A DNA stretch of 64,000 nt from Azolla caroliniana (lineage: Eukaryota > Plantae > Polypodiophyta), in assembly GCA_043228905.1 (NCBI GenBank), contig JBHGNT010000011.1, positions 2,232,001 through 2,296,000 of the forward strand, in the 5' to 3' direction. The notes under the pieces are model-generated. The model was not told the origin of the DNA and searched no databases. It worked only from the letters and a program-made list of their open reading frames with translations. The position numbers were made by a program, and so were the translations under genes. Positions 63,001-64,000 of this stretch are shown in pieces. Position 1 is the first letter of the stretch. Each line of letters begins with the position of its first letter.

Positions 63001-63605
63001 GCTATGCTCTCCCATTTCCATGGCCATTATTGGTTAAGGCTACTCATCTCCCATTACAGATACGAATTGCATAGCTAAGGCGTATCAAAGTAGTAGTGAT
63101 TGGAATTTATATTGAAGGTTGGTTGGTGAGTGACATGATGTTATGACAACGTTTAACAATTGTATCTGGGTGTCCTCATGAGAATAGAACATGGTGAGCG
63201 ATGATCTCCATGATATGCTAATGGTATGGCCCACGTGTCTTATATCCTGGTTCTCTCAGACTCTGCAACATGTTGTCAGTGCAGGTAAGGAGCTATAGAA
63301 GAAATCAATGATATGCTATTGTCATTGCATCTTGCATGCTAGTATAAGGGTTGATTCTCTATGTTCATGGGTCATTGGCCAAATTGGCCAAATTGTCATG
63401 GGTCACTTTTCTTCATCATTTATCAAATGATGGTGGAGTTCACATAAAGGTAATATAATTCTCTCCGGTGTGGTTCAAAGCTGGGACCTACACAAAACGT
63501 TCCTTGATTTTGATATCTCCTTCATGTAATTTGCAAAATCATCCAGCTCTAGGTATGCGAAGTGCCCTTCCTGCCTTGATCTCTAGTTGGTGACAAGAAA
63601 CTCTG

Positions 63606-64000
63606 AGTTGTCCTATTTCTTTGTGAGCACAATGGGTCATCTAGATATTCATGTACCTTGGTCTCTATATCTATTCTTCCTCTTAAAAAGTTCATGAAGT
63701 GAACTCTGTAGTAAGCCATCTTTGTGAGAAATGGATCCTGTGGTGTGAGCCAAAGCTCTTTAGATACAGATCCGCCATAAATCTTGCTGCAGTACTTAGT
63801 TCCTTTCATCATTTTGATGTGGTGTACATATCCAAAGGGTGTCAAGTTCTTGAACTTGGGCTCATTGTTGTTGAACCATGTCATTAGTTGTCCTATTTCT
63901 TTGTGAGCACAATGGGTCATCTAGATATTCATGTACCTTGGTCTCTATATCTATTCTTCCTCTTAAAAAGTTCATGAAGTGAACTTTGTAGTAAGCCATC
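63606..64000. repeat. Near-identical direct repeat with a 280-bp period, in a probable decayed gypsy protease region; continues past the window end
   Basis: 63606-63720 and 63886-64000 differ at one position that I can see. The minus-strand peptide IYGGSVSKELWLTPQDPFLTKMAY weakly resembles a retroviral-type aspartic protease. Confidence 0.8.

Overview
Plant nuclear genomic DNA, not a prokaryotic window. It is most likely a fern or other seed-free plant; this is an inference from the fern-type PLS-PPR motif wording and a spliced phosphate acetyltransferase. Six host genes were reconstructed by hand from homology motifs and, for the spliced genes, GT-AG sites. They are a 13-exon class II phosphate acetyltransferase (Pta, about 781 aa, + strand), a convergent 9-exon chloroplast maltose transporter MEX1 (- strand), an intronless plant-specific membrane protein, a 4-exon PC4/KIWI coactivator, a very long PLS-E PPR protein and a 3-exon beta-tubulin. 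The spacers hold a degenerate Ty1/copia element, two solo LTRs with perfect 5-bp TSDs, a chimeric copia element, L1-like and gypsy remnants, two hAT-type elements with perfect 8-bp TSDs, MITE-like inverted repeats and several tandem arrays. The most notable observations are: (i) an intact, intron-rich, probably organelle-targeted bacterial-type Pta, suggesting an acetyl-phosphate/acetate pathway not known from flowering plants; (ii) two intronic minisatellites (32 bp x10 in tubulin, 107 bp x12 in MEX1) whose units resemble 3' splice acceptors; (iii) a copia chimera joining two LTR families. Exon models are manual and have no transcript support.
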